The notes beneath the pieces are model-generated. The model did no database searches. It was not told the origin of the DNA and was given only the letters and a program-made list of their open reading frames with translations. A DNA stretch of 64,000 nucleotides from an uncultured Acidobacteriota bacterium. GTDB taxonomy: Bacteria; Acidobacteriota; Thermoanaerobaculia; Multivoradales; JAHEKO01. The stretch covers positions 832,001-896,000 of the forward strand of contig CAVQNG010000003.1 in the NCBI GenBank assembly GCA_963713825.1. The letters run 5' to 3'. Position numbers and translations under genes: made by a program. Positions 9,287 to 19,145 of the stretch are shown piece after piece; the stretch's first letter is position 1, and each line of letters begins with the position of its first letter.

Positions 9287-9450
9287 TTTCTACACGGATC
9301 TTCGTCTTGGTCCACTTTGGCTCTTAATTTTGGCTTTTCATTGACTAATAGTATTCTCGTGGTCATATTGTTCGGTATATTTTTGCTGTGATTGTCCACT
9401 ATTGACTTGTATCGAATGATTCTTGGGGCATTGCATGAGAGTTGAAACCG

Positions 9451-10179
9451 ATGGATAGCGAGCAGAAGCGAGATCCGCTCGATCACCTGGCGATCGCGCT
9501 GGACACTTCGGAGTGGTCGACGTTCGAGAATTGGTGTGAGCAGTTTGGTCCTCGCGTCGGAGTGCTGAAGGTGGGTCTGGAGGCTTTTGTGAGATGGGGC
9601 CCCAGAGCTGTCGAGCTGGCCCGGCGTCATGCGCGAGGTCTCTTTCTAGATCTCAAGCTGCACGACATTCCGAACACGGTGAGCGGCGCGGTTTCAGCGG
9701 CTCGAGATTCTGGCGTCGACTTCCTGACGATTCATGCGTCCGGCGGAGGCGCGATGTTGGAGTCGGCGCAACGGGCAGCGAGCGATCGGTTGGCACTGCT
9801 GGCAGTCACCGTTCTGACCCATCTTGACCAGTCGGCCTTGGCGGATTTGGACCTGCCAGGCAACAGCCGTGAGCGAGCGCAGAATTGGGCCCGGTTGGCC
9901 CAGGTGAGCGGATGCTCGGGGGCCGTATGCTCACCGCTGGAAGTGGCTGCGCTTCGCGAATGTTGTGCAGCACCATTTCTGCTGGTGACTCCCGGTATTC
10001 GGCTGGCTGATGTCAGCCAGCAGGAGGATGACCAGCAACGGGTCGCGACCCCTGGAGACGCCGTGCGGGCAGGTGCGGATCTATTGGTGGTGGGCAGACC
10101 CGTTACTCGCGCTCCGGACCCGGAGACGGTGCTTCAGAGAATTGCCCGAGAGATCGAGGCAGCCCTGATTCCGAGTTGA
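9451..10179 (+). CDS. pyrF: Orotidine-5'-phosphate decarboxylase
   Basis: DLKLHDIPNTV, VTPGIR, DDQQR, VGRP. Confidence 0.96.
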   Translation: MDSEQKRDPLDHLAIALDTSEWSTFENWCEQFGPRVGVLKVGLEAFVRWGPRAVELARRHARGLFLDLKLHDIPNTVSGAVSAARDSGVDFLTIHASGGGAMLESAQRAASDRLALLAVTVLTHLDQSALADLDLPGNSRERAQNWARLAQVSGCSGAVCSPLEVAALRECCAAPFLLVTPGIRLADVSQQEDDQQRVATPGDAVRAGADLLVVGRPVTRAPDPETVLQRIAREIEAALIPS

Positions 10180-10195
10180 GGAACCAGGGCGGAGC

Positions 10196-10564
10196 TCAGA
10201 CTGCAAAGACTGGTCGATCGACCACGTGATCGACTTCGATCACGTAGGTATAGCCCGGGAACTCGATGGGAATGCTGTATCGGGCGGTAATGATCACTCG
10301 CCCACCGCGACGTTGGACGGTGACATCCTTGGGTCCAACGGGCAGATCGAGGTCTTTCGCCCGGGCGAGAACATTTTTCTTGACGGCTTCTGCTGGAGTC
10401 CTCGTGGCGCGCTGAGCCTGCTCCTCCATGAAATCATACAACTCTGCGGTTCTGATCTTCACGGGAATGATCTTCCAGCAGGCGGCGAAAAACACGAAGA
10501 GAACCAGTGCCCAGATGACACATCCGATCTTGCCCTGGCCATGGCGAGTTTTCAGTGATGGCAT
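10196..10564 (-). CDS. DUF4845-like single-TM protein
   Basis: N-terminal G-hydrophobic segment and small alpha/beta domain; downstream of lepB. Confidence 0.55.
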   Translation of the reverse strand: MPSLKTRHGQGKIGCVIWALVLFVFFAACWKIIPVKIRTAELYDFMEEQAQRATRTPAEAVKKNVLARAKDLDLPVGPKDVTVQRRGGRVIITARYSIPIEFPGYTYVIEVDHVVDRPVFAV

Positions 10565-10607
10565 CGTTGTCCCCCTGCTCGTTCTTGAAATCCTGTGAAG
10601 TTGAAGT

Positions 10608-11309
10608 TTAGCGCACAATTTGGAAAGAGCGATCCCAACGGGTATTGGTGAAGAACTTCAGGAAGACATCCGACAGCTGTCGAAACTTGCCTCCGTACCC
10701 TGGCCAATCGACAGGCGCCTCATCGCTGGCGAAAGACCAGTAGACGAGAAAGGCCCTACCTTTGATGTAGTCGGCTGGCACCGCACCCCAGAAGCGGGAG
10801 TCGTTCGAGTTGTCCCGATTATCACCCATGAAGAAGTACTGGTCGGCCGGCACGTCAAAGGGCCCAAAGTTGTCGCGATCCCGGTAGCCCTCGTGTAGAA
10901 AGACCGAGTGAGGGTAGATTCGGGAGTCCGAGTGATAGACGTAGTGGCCGTCCACCACCACCTCGCCGTTGACCTGGATTTTCTTGTCGACGATCTCGAT
11001 CGTATCGCCGGGCAGTCCGATGCAACGCTTGATGAAATCTCGCGACGGGTCCTCGGGAAACCGGAACACGACCACGTCGCCCCGCCGCACAGCCTGCGTA
11101 GGCAGCAGCCAGTTCTCGAGACCACCCAGGGTCGGTCCAAAGACGAACTTGTTGACCAGGATGTGGTCACCGATCAGGAGGTTCTGCTCCATGGAGCCAG
11201 TAGGTATCTTGAAAGCCTGGACCGCATAGGTCCGAGCGAACGTCGCGAAGATCACCGCGATGAGGAGGGCCTCGAAGTACTCCCGGAAGATCGATCTGGA
11301 AGAGGGCAT
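10608..11309 (-). CDS. lepB: Signal peptidase I (copy 2)
   Basis: IPTGSM (Ser), FIKR (Lys), GDNRDNSNDSRFWG. Confidence 0.95.
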   Translation of the reverse strand: MPSSRSIFREYFEALLIAVIFATFARTYAVQAFKIPTGSMEQNLLIGDHILVNKFVFGPTLGGLENWLLPTQAVRRGDVVVFRFPEDPSRDFIKRCIGLPGDTIEIVDKKIQVNGEVVVDGHYVYHSDSRIYPHSVFLHEGYRDRDNFGPFDVPADQYFFMGDNRDNSNDSRFWGAVPADYIKGRAFLVYWSFASDEAPVDWPGYGGKFRQLSDVFLKFFTNTRWDRSFQIVR

Positions 11310-11323
11310 CCGAACGCCCCCGA

Positions 11324-12022
11324 TCAACGCACTACGTGGAAGGTCCGCTGCCAGCGCGATTTACTGAAGAAGCCGAGGGTGGTACCCGCGAGTTGGCGCA
11401 GCTTGTTTCCCAACCCTCTCCAGACGCCGTCGGAGGTCTCGCCACCGAAAGACCAATAGATCAGGAAGGCCCGCCCCTTGACGAAGTGCGCGGGCACGGA
11501 GCCCCAGAACCTCGAGTCGTAGGACTGATCGCGATTGTCTCCGAGGCAGAAATAGTGATCTTCCGGCACGGTCGATGGTCCGAAGTTGTCCCGTAGACGA
11601 GCGGAGGGCGGAACCGAAGGCAGGTCGTGGAAGACGCGTTCATCCCGATGCCAGGTAAAAGTACTGTCGTCGACCCAGTCTTCGTTGATGTAGAGATCTT
11701 TGTCGAGCAGGCGGATCTCGTCGTCGGGCAACCCGATACAGCGCTTGACCATGTCTACCCTGGGCCGCTCGGGGGATCGAAAGATGACGATATCACCTCG
11801 ATTCACCGGTCGCGAAGGGAGCAGCTTCTGCTCGAGCTTGGTCGGTGCCGGGCCGAAGATGAAGCGATTGACGAAGAGATGGTCGCCGATCAGGAGCGTC
11901 TCTTCCATCGAGGCGCTCGGAATATAGAAGGTCTTCACCACGAAGGTATTCGTGAAGCCGAGAAAGATCCCGGCGATGATGAGGGCCTCGAGATACTCGC
12001 GGAATGAGCTGCGGTTCGACAT
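11324..12022 (-). CDS. lepB: Signal peptidase I (copy 1)
   Basis: IPSASM, MVKR, GDNRDQSYDSRFWG. Confidence 0.95.
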   Translation of the reverse strand: MSNRSSFREYLEALIIAGIFLGFTNTFVVKTFYIPSASMEETLLIGDHLFVNRFIFGPAPTKLEQKLLPSRPVNRGDIVIFRSPERPRVDMVKRCIGLPDDEIRLLDKDLYINEDWVDDSTFTWHRDERVFHDLPSVPPSARLRDNFGPSTVPEDHYFCLGDNRDQSYDSRFWGSVPAHFVKGRAFLIYWSFGGETSDGVWRGLGNKLRQLAGTTLGFFSKSRWQRTFHVVR

Positions 12023-12424
12023 CGGCGCTCTAATCTAATGCAAATGGCCCCTTGGGGCCACCAATCAGGAAACAGTCTCTCTGGAAGTCCAGTCCGCTTG
12101 ACGCAGCGTCGGGGGCAACGGCGTAGAGAGTTGTCTCGATCTTACCTCCGTGCAGGCGCAAGATTCTTTGACGTACGAAGCCTGCAAGCGCTTCTCGTAC
12201 GAATCGTAAACCTTTACTAGTAAACACTTTAAGGAGATTCAGGAAGACTGGCACGATCGTTGAGTTGCACCGTTCGCTCCACAGTCACCGGAGAAAGGAG
12301 GTGCGAACGACTGGCGAGTGGAAAAGCAGACACAGACGGTGGGGACTGGCGCACGGGATCGGCCCGAGGCGTCTCTTTCAAATAGCGGATGCTCATCGAA
12401 ACCAGCGAAATCAGGAGGTAGTGC

Positions 12425-12766
12425 ATGAAACAAGGACTCAAGTTGACGCCATTGTTGGCTTTGTTGTGCGTGCTGGTGGTTGGCCTGCCGGCGACCCTTC
12501 AGGCGCAGGCAAAGGCGGTGAATATCAATACGGCGAGCGCCGAGCAGCTTTCGTTGCTGCCTCGAGTTGGTGCCGTGGTTGCACAGCGGATCGTGGATTT
12601 CCGTGACAAGAACGGTCGCTTCAAGAGCTTGGAGGATCTGATGCTGGTGCAGGGAGTCGGCGAAAAGACCTTCGAGTTGATCCGACCGCACATCACTCTG
12701 TCTGGAGAAACCACTTTGACCGAGAAGGTCACCCCGCCGAAGAAATCGGCGGGGAGCGACGGATGA
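12425..12766 (+). CDS. comEA: ComEA-family helix-hairpin-helix DNA-binding protein
   Basis: Signal peptide, VNINTASAEQL, LPRVG, VQGVGEK; AGGAGG RBS. Confidence 0.88.
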   Translation: MKQGLKLTPLLALLCVLVVGLPATLQAQAKAVNINTASAEQLSLLPRVGAVVAQRIVDFRDKNGRFKSLEDLMLVQGVGEKTFELIRPHITLSGETTLTEKVTPPKKSAGSDG

Positions 12767-13476
12767 GTTTGTCGGGTGGGCGGCAGGGTGGCCCGATGTC
12801 GACCCTGCCGCTCGCCGCAGTTGGGTGGAAATCGTCGAGGTATCTGGGGGGCCGAAGAGCCAGGTCCATCCGGCGCGCCAGGGATCAGGCATGGGCCGGA
12901 TTCACGGTCATCGAGTGGGTCGTCGTGGTCGCGATCCTGGGTCTGTTTGCGTCCCTCACGGTTCCCGACCTTTTTCGACTCACTCGCAGCCTGAGAGTGG
13001 ACCTGGCGAGCCGAGAGCTCCAGACCGTGTTGAGACTGGCGCGATCGAGAGCCATCCGAGAGGGTACGAAGGTAGGCGTGAAGTTCCGAACGGATGGCCA
13101 GGGTCGCTACAGCTTCACCCTGTACCGGGACGGAGACGGGGATGGCGTTCTGACGCGGGACATCGATGCCGGCGTCGATCCTCCCCTGGGGCCGCCGCGA
13201 GAGTTGGTTCACCTGGGGCAGCAGGTCGGTCTTGGCTTTCCAGCCGGATTACCACCGCGGGACCCTGGAGATCCGCGCAGGAGATTGACCCGGTTGGAGG
13301 ACCCGATTCGATTCAATCGTTCCGACATCGCGTCGTTCAATCATCTCGGCGCCTCGACCCCGGGCTCTCTCTACATCAGCGACGGTCTGCACTTTCTTTC
13401 CGTGGTGCGGGTTTTCGGTCGTACAGGCAAGGTCAAGATCCTGCGCTACGACGTAACTTCGGAGACCTGGAGATAG
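12763..13476 (+). CDS. GspH/FimT-like minor pseudopilin
   Basis: Prepilin motif G|FTVIEWVVVVAILG, then LARSRAI; true start uncertain. Confidence 0.8.
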   Translation: MSLSGGRQGGPMSTLPLAAVGWKSSRYLGGRRARSIRRARDQAWAGFTVIEWVVVVAILGLFASLTVPDLFRLTRSLRVDLASRELQTVLRLARSRAIREGTKVGVKFRTDGQGRYSFTLYRDGDGDGVLTRDIDAGVDPPLGPPRELVHLGQQVGLGFPAGLPPRDPGDPRRRLTRLEDPIRFNRSDIASFNHLGASTPGSLYISDGLHFLSVVRVFGRTGKVKILRYDVTSETWR

Positions 13477-13538
13477 CGCACTTGAACCGCGCGATTCTCG
13501 TTGACTCGGCGCCGTTTCGTGGAGTAACGTCTTCTGCG

Positions 13539-13883
13539 GTGAACGCTATCGTCGTTGTTACCACCGTGGGAACCCAGGAGGAAGCGAATCTCCTCGCAGA
13601 GGAGCTGGTGGCGAGGCGGCACTCCTGTTGCGTCAACATCCTGCCTATTCAGCGCTCGGTCTATCGCTGGCAGGGCAAGATCTGCGACGACAGCGAGTAC
13701 CTGCTCATCATCAAGACTCTGGAGAGCGAGTACGCCGCGGTCGAGCAAGCCATTCAGGAGCTCCACAGCTACGATCTGCCGGAGATCCTGGCTTTCGACA
13801 TCCACCGAGGTGAGGCTGGCTTCTTGGCCTGGATTACCACCTGCCTGAACAAGGCCGTCGACGGGCAAGAAGACGAGGCCTAA
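13539..13883 (+). CDS. cutA: Divalent-cation tolerance protein CutA
   Basis: SVYRWQG, LIIKT, HSYDLPEI; GTG start inside a longer ORF-track entry. Confidence 0.9.
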   Translation: MNAIVVVTTVGTQEEANLLAEELVARRHSCCVNILPIQRSVYRWQGKICDDSEYLLIIKTLESEYAAVEQAIQELHSYDLPEILAFDIHRGEAGFLAWITTCLNKAVDGQEDEA

Positions 13884-13896
13884 GCGAGGCCCAGCT

Positions 13897-15057
13897 TCAG
13901 ATCTTGGCCAGGGCCGAGTCGAGATCGGCCACTAGATCTTCCAGGTCCTCGAGCCCGACGGACACCCGCACGACCCCATCCGTAATCCCCAACTCTTCCC
14001 GCTTCTCAGGCGGCACAGAGGCATGGGTCATGGAGGCGGGGTGGGAGATGAGAGTCTCCACGCCGCCGAGGCTCTCTGCCAGGCTCATGACCGCGAGATT
14101 GTCCAGCAGGGTTTTGGCGGCGTCGTAACCGCCGAGGTCGAAGGTGATAAGGGCGCCGTAGCCGGTGGCCTGCCGAGACTGCACCTGATAACCAGGGTGG
14201 TCTGGGAGCCCAGGATAGAGAACGCTCTTCACCTTGGCGTGGCCATTGAGAAAATCAGCGACTGCCCTGCCGCTGGATTCGTGACGATCCATTCGCACCG
14301 CCAAGGTCTTCAAGCCGCGTAGCACGAGAAAGCTGTCGAATGGCGAGAGGATGGCACCAACGGATTTCTGAACGAAGGCGAACCACTCGGCGTCTTTGGC
14401 TCTCGAAGAGACCAGAATGCCGCCAATCGAATCGCTGTGACCGTTGAGGAACTTGGTGGTGGAGTGAATCACGATGTCGGCACCGAGCTCGAGGGGGCGC
14501 TGGAATCGCGGCGACATGAACGTGTTGTCCACGGCCAACACGGCACCGCGCGCGTGAGCGATATCTGCCACGGCGGCGATGTCGGTGACCTCCATCATGG
14601 GGTTGGTCGGCGTCTCGATATAGACCATGCGAGTCTCTTCCGACATGGCACTTTCGACGGCGTCCAGATCCGTCGAATCGATCCAGGAGAAGCGCAGGCC
14701 GTAGCGCTCGAGAATCTGGCTGAAGAATCGATAGGTGCCGCCATAGACGTTCTGTGAGCAAACGACGTGATCGCCGGTGCGAGTCAGCGTGAGCAGTGTG
14801 GAGATGGCCGCCATGCCCGAAGCGAAGGCGTGGCCAGCCAGGCCATTCTCGAGAGCCGTAACGTTGTCCTCGAGGGCTTCTCTCGTCGGGTTCTGGACGC
14901 GCGCGTACTCGTAGCCTTTGTGCTGCCCCAACTCGTCCTGAACATAAGTCGAGGTCTGGTAGATCGGGACTGTTACGGAACCGGTCGTGGGATCGGGTGT
15001 TTGGCCAGCATGGATGGCCCGGGTCGAGAAGCCTGACTTTTTGGGATCGCCCTTCAC
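13897..15057 (-). CDS. Cystathionine gamma-lyase/synthase family PLP enzyme
   Basis: YARVQNPTR, FASGMAAI, HSTTKFLNGHSD, AESLGGVE. Confidence 0.92.
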   Translation of the reverse strand: MKGDPKKSGFSTRAIHAGQTPDPTTGSVTVPIYQTSTYVQDELGQHKGYEYARVQNPTREALEDNVTALENGLAGHAFASGMAAISTLLTLTRTGDHVVCSQNVYGGTYRFFSQILERYGLRFSWIDSTDLDAVESAMSEETRMVYIETPTNPMMEVTDIAAVADIAHARGAVLAVDNTFMSPRFQRPLELGADIVIHSTTKFLNGHSDSIGGILVSSRAKDAEWFAFVQKSVGAILSPFDSFLVLRGLKTLAVRMDRHESSGRAVADFLNGHAKVKSVLYPGLPDHPGYQVQSRQATGYGALITFDLGGYDAAKTLLDNLAVMSLAESLGGVETLISHPASMTHASVPPEKREELGITDGVVRVSVGLEDLEDLVADLDSALAKI

Positions 15058-15183
15058 AGCAAACCTCCTTGTGGCAGATGGTCTCGAGACAGCAACTCTC
15101 AGACAGTGCTGGGTCGTCGAGCGTGCCGGCCCGGAATTCTAACAGCGGTGCCAGCCAATTCGAGGGGGTTTAACATAGATGGC

Positions 15184-16266
15184 ATGAGCGACGCGCGACA
15201 GATGCCCCCACCCCCGGAATACGAGACGTTCTCTCCCATCCGCTGGGAGAACGACCACTTACGACTCCTGGACCAGACCCTGTTGCCACGCGAAGAGGTG
15301 TGGTTGGAGTGCTGGGCTCCAGAAGACGTGGCGACGGCCATCCGTCGGCTCTCGATCCGGGGCGCTCCTGCCATCGGCGTGGCCGCGGCATACGGACTGG
15401 TTCTCGGAGTACTCTCCGCCCCCCCGGGGCGAGATCTGGGCGAACACTTTCGCGCCGTCGTCGACCTTCTCGGTTCGACGCGTCCCACAGCGGTCAACTT
15501 GAGGTGGGCGCTGGAACAGGGACAGAGAGTCTTCGAAGCCAATGCCGGCAAGGACCGGCAGGAGGTTGTCGCTGCACTCTCGAGATGGGCTGGGCAGTTG
15601 CAGTCTGATGACGTGGCAGCGAACCGGCAAATCGGGTCGAACGGCGAGCCCTTGTTCGCACCGGGAGATCGGGTGATGACCCACTGCAACACCGGCTCCT
15701 TGGCTACGGCAGGTTACGGCACGGCGCTCGGAGTGATTCGAGCCTCCTGGGAGGTCGACAAGGTCGAGATGGTCTGGGTTGACGAGACCCGTCCTCTGCT
15801 CCAGGGGGCTCGTTTGACCACGTGGGAGCTGCAACGTCTGGGAATCCCCTACCGTCTGATCACGGACTCGAGCGCCGGCTCGCTTCTGGCCCGAGGTCTC
15901 GTGGATCGGGTGGTTGTCGGCGCGGACCGAATCGCGGCGAATGGCGATACGGCGAACAAGATCGGCACCTACCCCCTGGCGGTCCTGGCTGACCGACACA
16001 AGGTCCCTTTCTATGTCGCCGCGCCCCTTTCGACGATCGACCAGCACACACCGACCGGTGCTCAGATCCCGATCGAAGAGCGCGAGCCCGATGAAATCAT
16101 GACGGTCTTTGGCACGCGCATCGCTCCGCAGGAGGCTCGGGCCGCGAATTTCGCCTTCGATGTGACCCCAGCGGAGTTGATCACCGCGATCATCACCGAC
16201 GTGGGGGTCCTGTCACCTCCCTACGCTGAATCCATCGACGAGGCTTTCCGAGATCTCCGCATCTGA
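15184..16266 (+). CDS. mtnA: Methylthioribose-1-phosphate isomerase
   Basis: RGAPAIG, RPTAVNL, THCNTGSLAT, ETRPLLQGARLT, ANKIGTY. Confidence 0.96.
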   Translation: MSDARQMPPPPEYETFSPIRWENDHLRLLDQTLLPREEVWLECWAPEDVATAIRRLSIRGAPAIGVAAAYGLVLGVLSAPPGRDLGEHFRAVVDLLGSTRPTAVNLRWALEQGQRVFEANAGKDRQEVVAALSRWAGQLQSDDVAANRQIGSNGEPLFAPGDRVMTHCNTGSLATAGYGTALGVIRASWEVDKVEMVWVDETRPLLQGARLTTWELQRLGIPYRLITDSSAGSLLARGLVDRVVVGADRIAANGDTANKIGTYPLAVLADRHKVPFYVAAPLSTIDQHTPTGAQIPIEEREPDEIMTVFGTRIAPQEARAANFAFDVTPAELITAIITDVGVLSPPYAESIDEAFRDLRI

Positions 16267-16629
16267 CGACGCCGATTAACGGTGTCAGTCGGTTGGCAGG
16301 GGGGGCCCGCTCGCCCACTTTGTCGAGTACTATGGTGGACCACTGTGGTTCCATTGTTGCTGTTTGTGTAATGACAGTGGACTAAAGAAGGCGAATGGAC
16401 GCCACCAATATTGTTTGGGTGGTAAATGCGCGACCAACAGTCAAATTCGGAGGAAGACTCGACCTTCCCAGACAACCGCGTCTCGTCTCTTCAGACAGCG
16501 ACGCCTTCGATATTCGCAGGAAGGGAGGTTGGGATGCGGTCCAGTGGACCATTAGGGTGCTTTAGAGAATATAAAGGCGGAATCGGTGGAGTAAAGTGTG
16601 CTTTTAGCAACCCGTGTGCTACCATAGAT

Positions 16630-16790
16630 GGATTGCGGGGTCGATCCGTCCAGCAGTCCGCCGGGAATCCGCCACTGCAGAAGCACTGCTCGTCGATGAG
16701 GTCGTCATCGAGGTCCCCTCCTGACTGAGAAGTAGGTGATTACTTGGACTCGTGAACCAAGGCCAACTTCGGAAGGAAGTCGCTGCAACC
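16630..16790 (+). ncRNA. Candidate structured ncRNA (rod-like, possibly 6S-like)
   Basis: TGcTACCAT extended -10 at 16617-16625; nested complementary segments TTGCGG/CTGCAA, AGTCC/GGACT, TCGATGA/TCATCGA. Confidence 0.3.
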
Positions 16791-16797
16791 GTCATTG

Positions 16798-16832
16798 AAA
16801 AACCACTCTGCGGCACAGTGCCACAGAGTGGT
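16798..16832 (-). terminator. Intrinsic terminator of ssrA
   Basis: ACCACTCTG...CAGAGTGGT stem followed by a T5 run on the minus strand. Confidence 0.8.
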
Positions 16833-16846
16833 CGGATATTCGAGGT

Positions 16847-17198
16847 TGGTGGAGGCGGTGGGACTCGAACCCACGTCCGAAGAACGCGTCTGGGAAACTT
16901 CTACGTGTGTAGCCTTCGTTTGGGGATCTCGCCGACCGTGTTATGGACGAAGACGACCGGTACGGTCAGCCAGCCCCGCTTTAGAATCCAGACCCGGTGC
17001 GGGGCACCACGAGCCCTTCGATCCACTACTGCGACGCCCGAGACAGACGCGGTGAATCAACGCTTCTGTCGGGACGTGACTGCTTAAGCAGCCAATGCCA
17101 GATTATCGTTGGCAGTTGTGTTATTTCGCTTTTACGAGGCGAAACTCGACACGCAGCCTCCTAGCCGCTCTGTTCCCCGTCGAAGCCAAAGCGCCCCC
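16847..17198 (-). ncRNA. ssrA: tmRNA, tag (A)ANDNLALAA*
   Basis: 5' GGGGGCG pairs with 3' CGCCTCCACCA; T-arm GGGTTCGAGTCCC; tag frame GCC AAC GAT AAT CTG GCA TTG GCT GCT TAA. Confidence 0.97.
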
Positions 17199-17282
17199 GG
17201 GGTTTGGCAAAGAACAATGTTCCAGTCTGTCACAACAGCGCTGTAGCGGAGAAGATTCCCGCCGGGCGCCCAATCTTCAGAC

Positions 17283-17819
17283 CTAATTCATCAGACCGCT
17301 GATCCCAGCAGACATGGTGCCGACGAGGACGGCGACGAGGATATAGACCAGAAATCCGATGAGACAGACGCCGACGGCTCTGCCGGTACTCTTGTAGTCG
17401 AGTGCCTGCCGTACCGCTACGACAACCGCCGCCAGAAGCCAGAAAAAGACGACCAGGTTGACCAGGAAACCGATGACCGGAATGATGCCGAGAATCCGCA
17501 AGATTCCAGGACTCATGGCGAAGCCGATCGTGCGCAGGAGCTCGCCCATGTCGGAGTGGGTCTGCGGCTCGGGCAGCATCTTGGTACCGACGAGGTAGGT
17601 GATTCCTGCCCAGATGATCCACCCGACGACTGCGGCCAGCGTGCCCCAGATGACACCGCGGATGCCGTTGATCGTTACGAAGCTCAAACCGGCGGCGACA
17701 CTGGAGAGTACGACGACCAGGAGGGCCTGACCGGTTGCGGTGGTATCGGCTTCGACCTCCTCGTAGATGGCGACATCCAGCTTTGCGGCACCGATCATGC
17801 GTTCCGTCAGACTACTCAT
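17283..17819 (-). CDS. Yip1-family membrane protein
   Basis: YEEVEAD, LLRTIGFA, AVRQALDY; 5 TMs; GGAGG RBS. Confidence 0.8.
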   Translation of the reverse strand: MSSLTERMIGAAKLDVAIYEEVEADTTATGQALLVVVLSSVAAGLSFVTINGIRGVIWGTLAAVVGWIIWAGITYLVGTKMLPEPQTHSDMGELLRTIGFAMSPGILRILGIIPVIGFLVNLVVFFWLLAAVVVAVRQALDYKSTGRAVGVCLIGFLVYILVAVLVGTMSAGISGLMN

Positions 17820-18300
17820 GTTTTCCTCCTTGTTCGTTGTTCTCGTTTGGGAGTGAGTTCTCGATTTCAGTGACCAGCTTCAGAAAGTCCTCCGGACTGC
17901 TGCTACGCAGCCGTGCGACCACCAGGAGCCAGGCCGCCACGGCCAGCACGACCGCGACGGGCAGCAGGGGTATCAAGCCGGGAAAGAAAGGCCAAAAGGC
18001 GACGATCAGTCCACCAATGCCGCCGAAGAGCAGCACGACCACAGCGGACCGATTGACGGAGTGCCGGCTCTCCTCCACCGTCAACTCGATTGCCGAGCCG
18101 GACTTTCCGCAAGAGACATCGACGCGACATTGCTCGACACCGCGCCAAAGGCCCCGGACGACAGGCAAATGTAGAGTTCCGCCGGAAGAGCTCGCCTGCC
18201 AACTGGCTCCCCATAGGTCGGCAGCTGTGGCCAGAAGCTCGAGGGCCGCCTCAGGCGTCGCTTCCAACGCGACTCGATGCTGTGAGGGGGTCTCCACCAC
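17812..18300 (-). CDS. Hypothetical 2-TM membrane protein
   Basis: Operonic spacing, C-terminal TM hairpin. Confidence 0.6.
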   Translation of the reverse strand: MVETPSQHRVALEATPEAALELLATAADLWGASWQASSSGGTLHLPVVRGLWRGVEQCRVDVSCGKSGSAIELTVEESRHSVNRSAVVVLLFGGIGGLIVAFWPFFPGLIPLLPVAVVLAVAAWLLVVARLRSSSPEDFLKLVTEIENSLPNENNEQGGKHE

Positions 18301-18306
18301 GGTCTC

Positions 18307-19143
18307 TCAGGCGCCTTGTCTGTCCCTGTCTTCGAGTGCTGCGGCCAGTAGCTGGGTCCATGCTCCGACGACCCTGTCCGCGATCGGCTCGCCATCCAGT
18401 TCCACCAACGGCTGAACACCGGTCAGGGTGCCGCAGAGGAAGGCTTCTTGCCACTCCTCTCGTTCCTGGAGCCGAGGCGATGTCTCGGCACACGGTAGCC
18501 CGCTTTGTTTGGCCAACTCGAGAAGGATACCGCGAGTGACCCCTTCGAGAATTCGACCATCAAGCGGGTGGGTCTTGAGGAGGTCACTTTGTCGCACGAA
18601 AAGGTTGCTGCTTCCTCCCTCACGCACCTCCCCTTGTGGTCCAACGAAGAGCACCTCGTCGGCCCCGGCATCCCGCATGGCGATCTTGCCCCTTACGGTG
18701 GCGATCAGACTGGTGGTCTTGAGATCGCAATGTTTCCAGCGGTCGTCGGGTCGAGAGATGGCGCGCATCGCCCTGGAGGCAGGGGCGGCAAAGGAGTGGG
18801 GCACAGCGAGAACGAGGACGGTCGGTGTTATGTCGCGGGGAGGCTGATGAGACCGGGGCGCTACGCCACGAGAGACCTGCAGGTACAAATAGCCGGTCCC
18901 GAGCTCGGTAGCGGTCACGAGCTGCCGACAGCTCTCTGCCAGTCCGGGGGGCGTCTCGATATCGATACGCTCGAGCCCTCCCGCCAAGCGGCAAACGTGA
19001 GAATCGAGGTCCAAGAGGATGCCGTCGATCACCCGCACGACATCGTAGAGAGCATCACCGAAAAGAAAGCCGCGATCCAAGGGATCGATGCGGGCTTCTG
19101 CCAGCGGTTGGATTCGGCCATTGAGGCTACACAGGGGTTTCAT
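18307..19143 (-). CDS. Class IV aminotransferase (D-amino-acid aminotransferase-like)
   Basis: DRGFLFGD, YLQVSRG, CDLKTT, EGGSSN, ILEGVTR. Confidence 0.88.
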   Translation of the reverse strand: MKPLCSLNGRIQPLAEARIDPLDRGFLFGDALYDVVRVIDGILLDLDSHVCRLAGGLERIDIETPPGLAESCRQLVTATELGTGYLYLQVSRGVAPRSHQPPRDITPTVLVLAVPHSFAAPASRAMRAISRPDDRWKHCDLKTTSLIATVRGKIAMRDAGADEVLFVGPQGEVREGGSSNLFVRQSDLLKTHPLDGRILEGVTRGILLELAKQSGLPCAETSPRLQEREEWQEAFLCGTLTGVQPLVELDGEPIADRVVGAWTQLLAAALEDRDRQGA

Positions 19144-19145
19144 GG

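Noticed and set aside
9287-9441. oriC
   Set aside because: No clear TTATCCACA cluster; the origin more likely lies near dnaA outside the window
12825-13538. 352-aa extended CutA
   Set aside because: The N-terminal part is an alternative frame overlapping the pseudopilin gene; a promoter and GTG at 13539 define a normal-sized CutA
16267-16846. Integrated element at the ssrA 3' end
   Set aside because: No integrase and no duplicated att sequence seen
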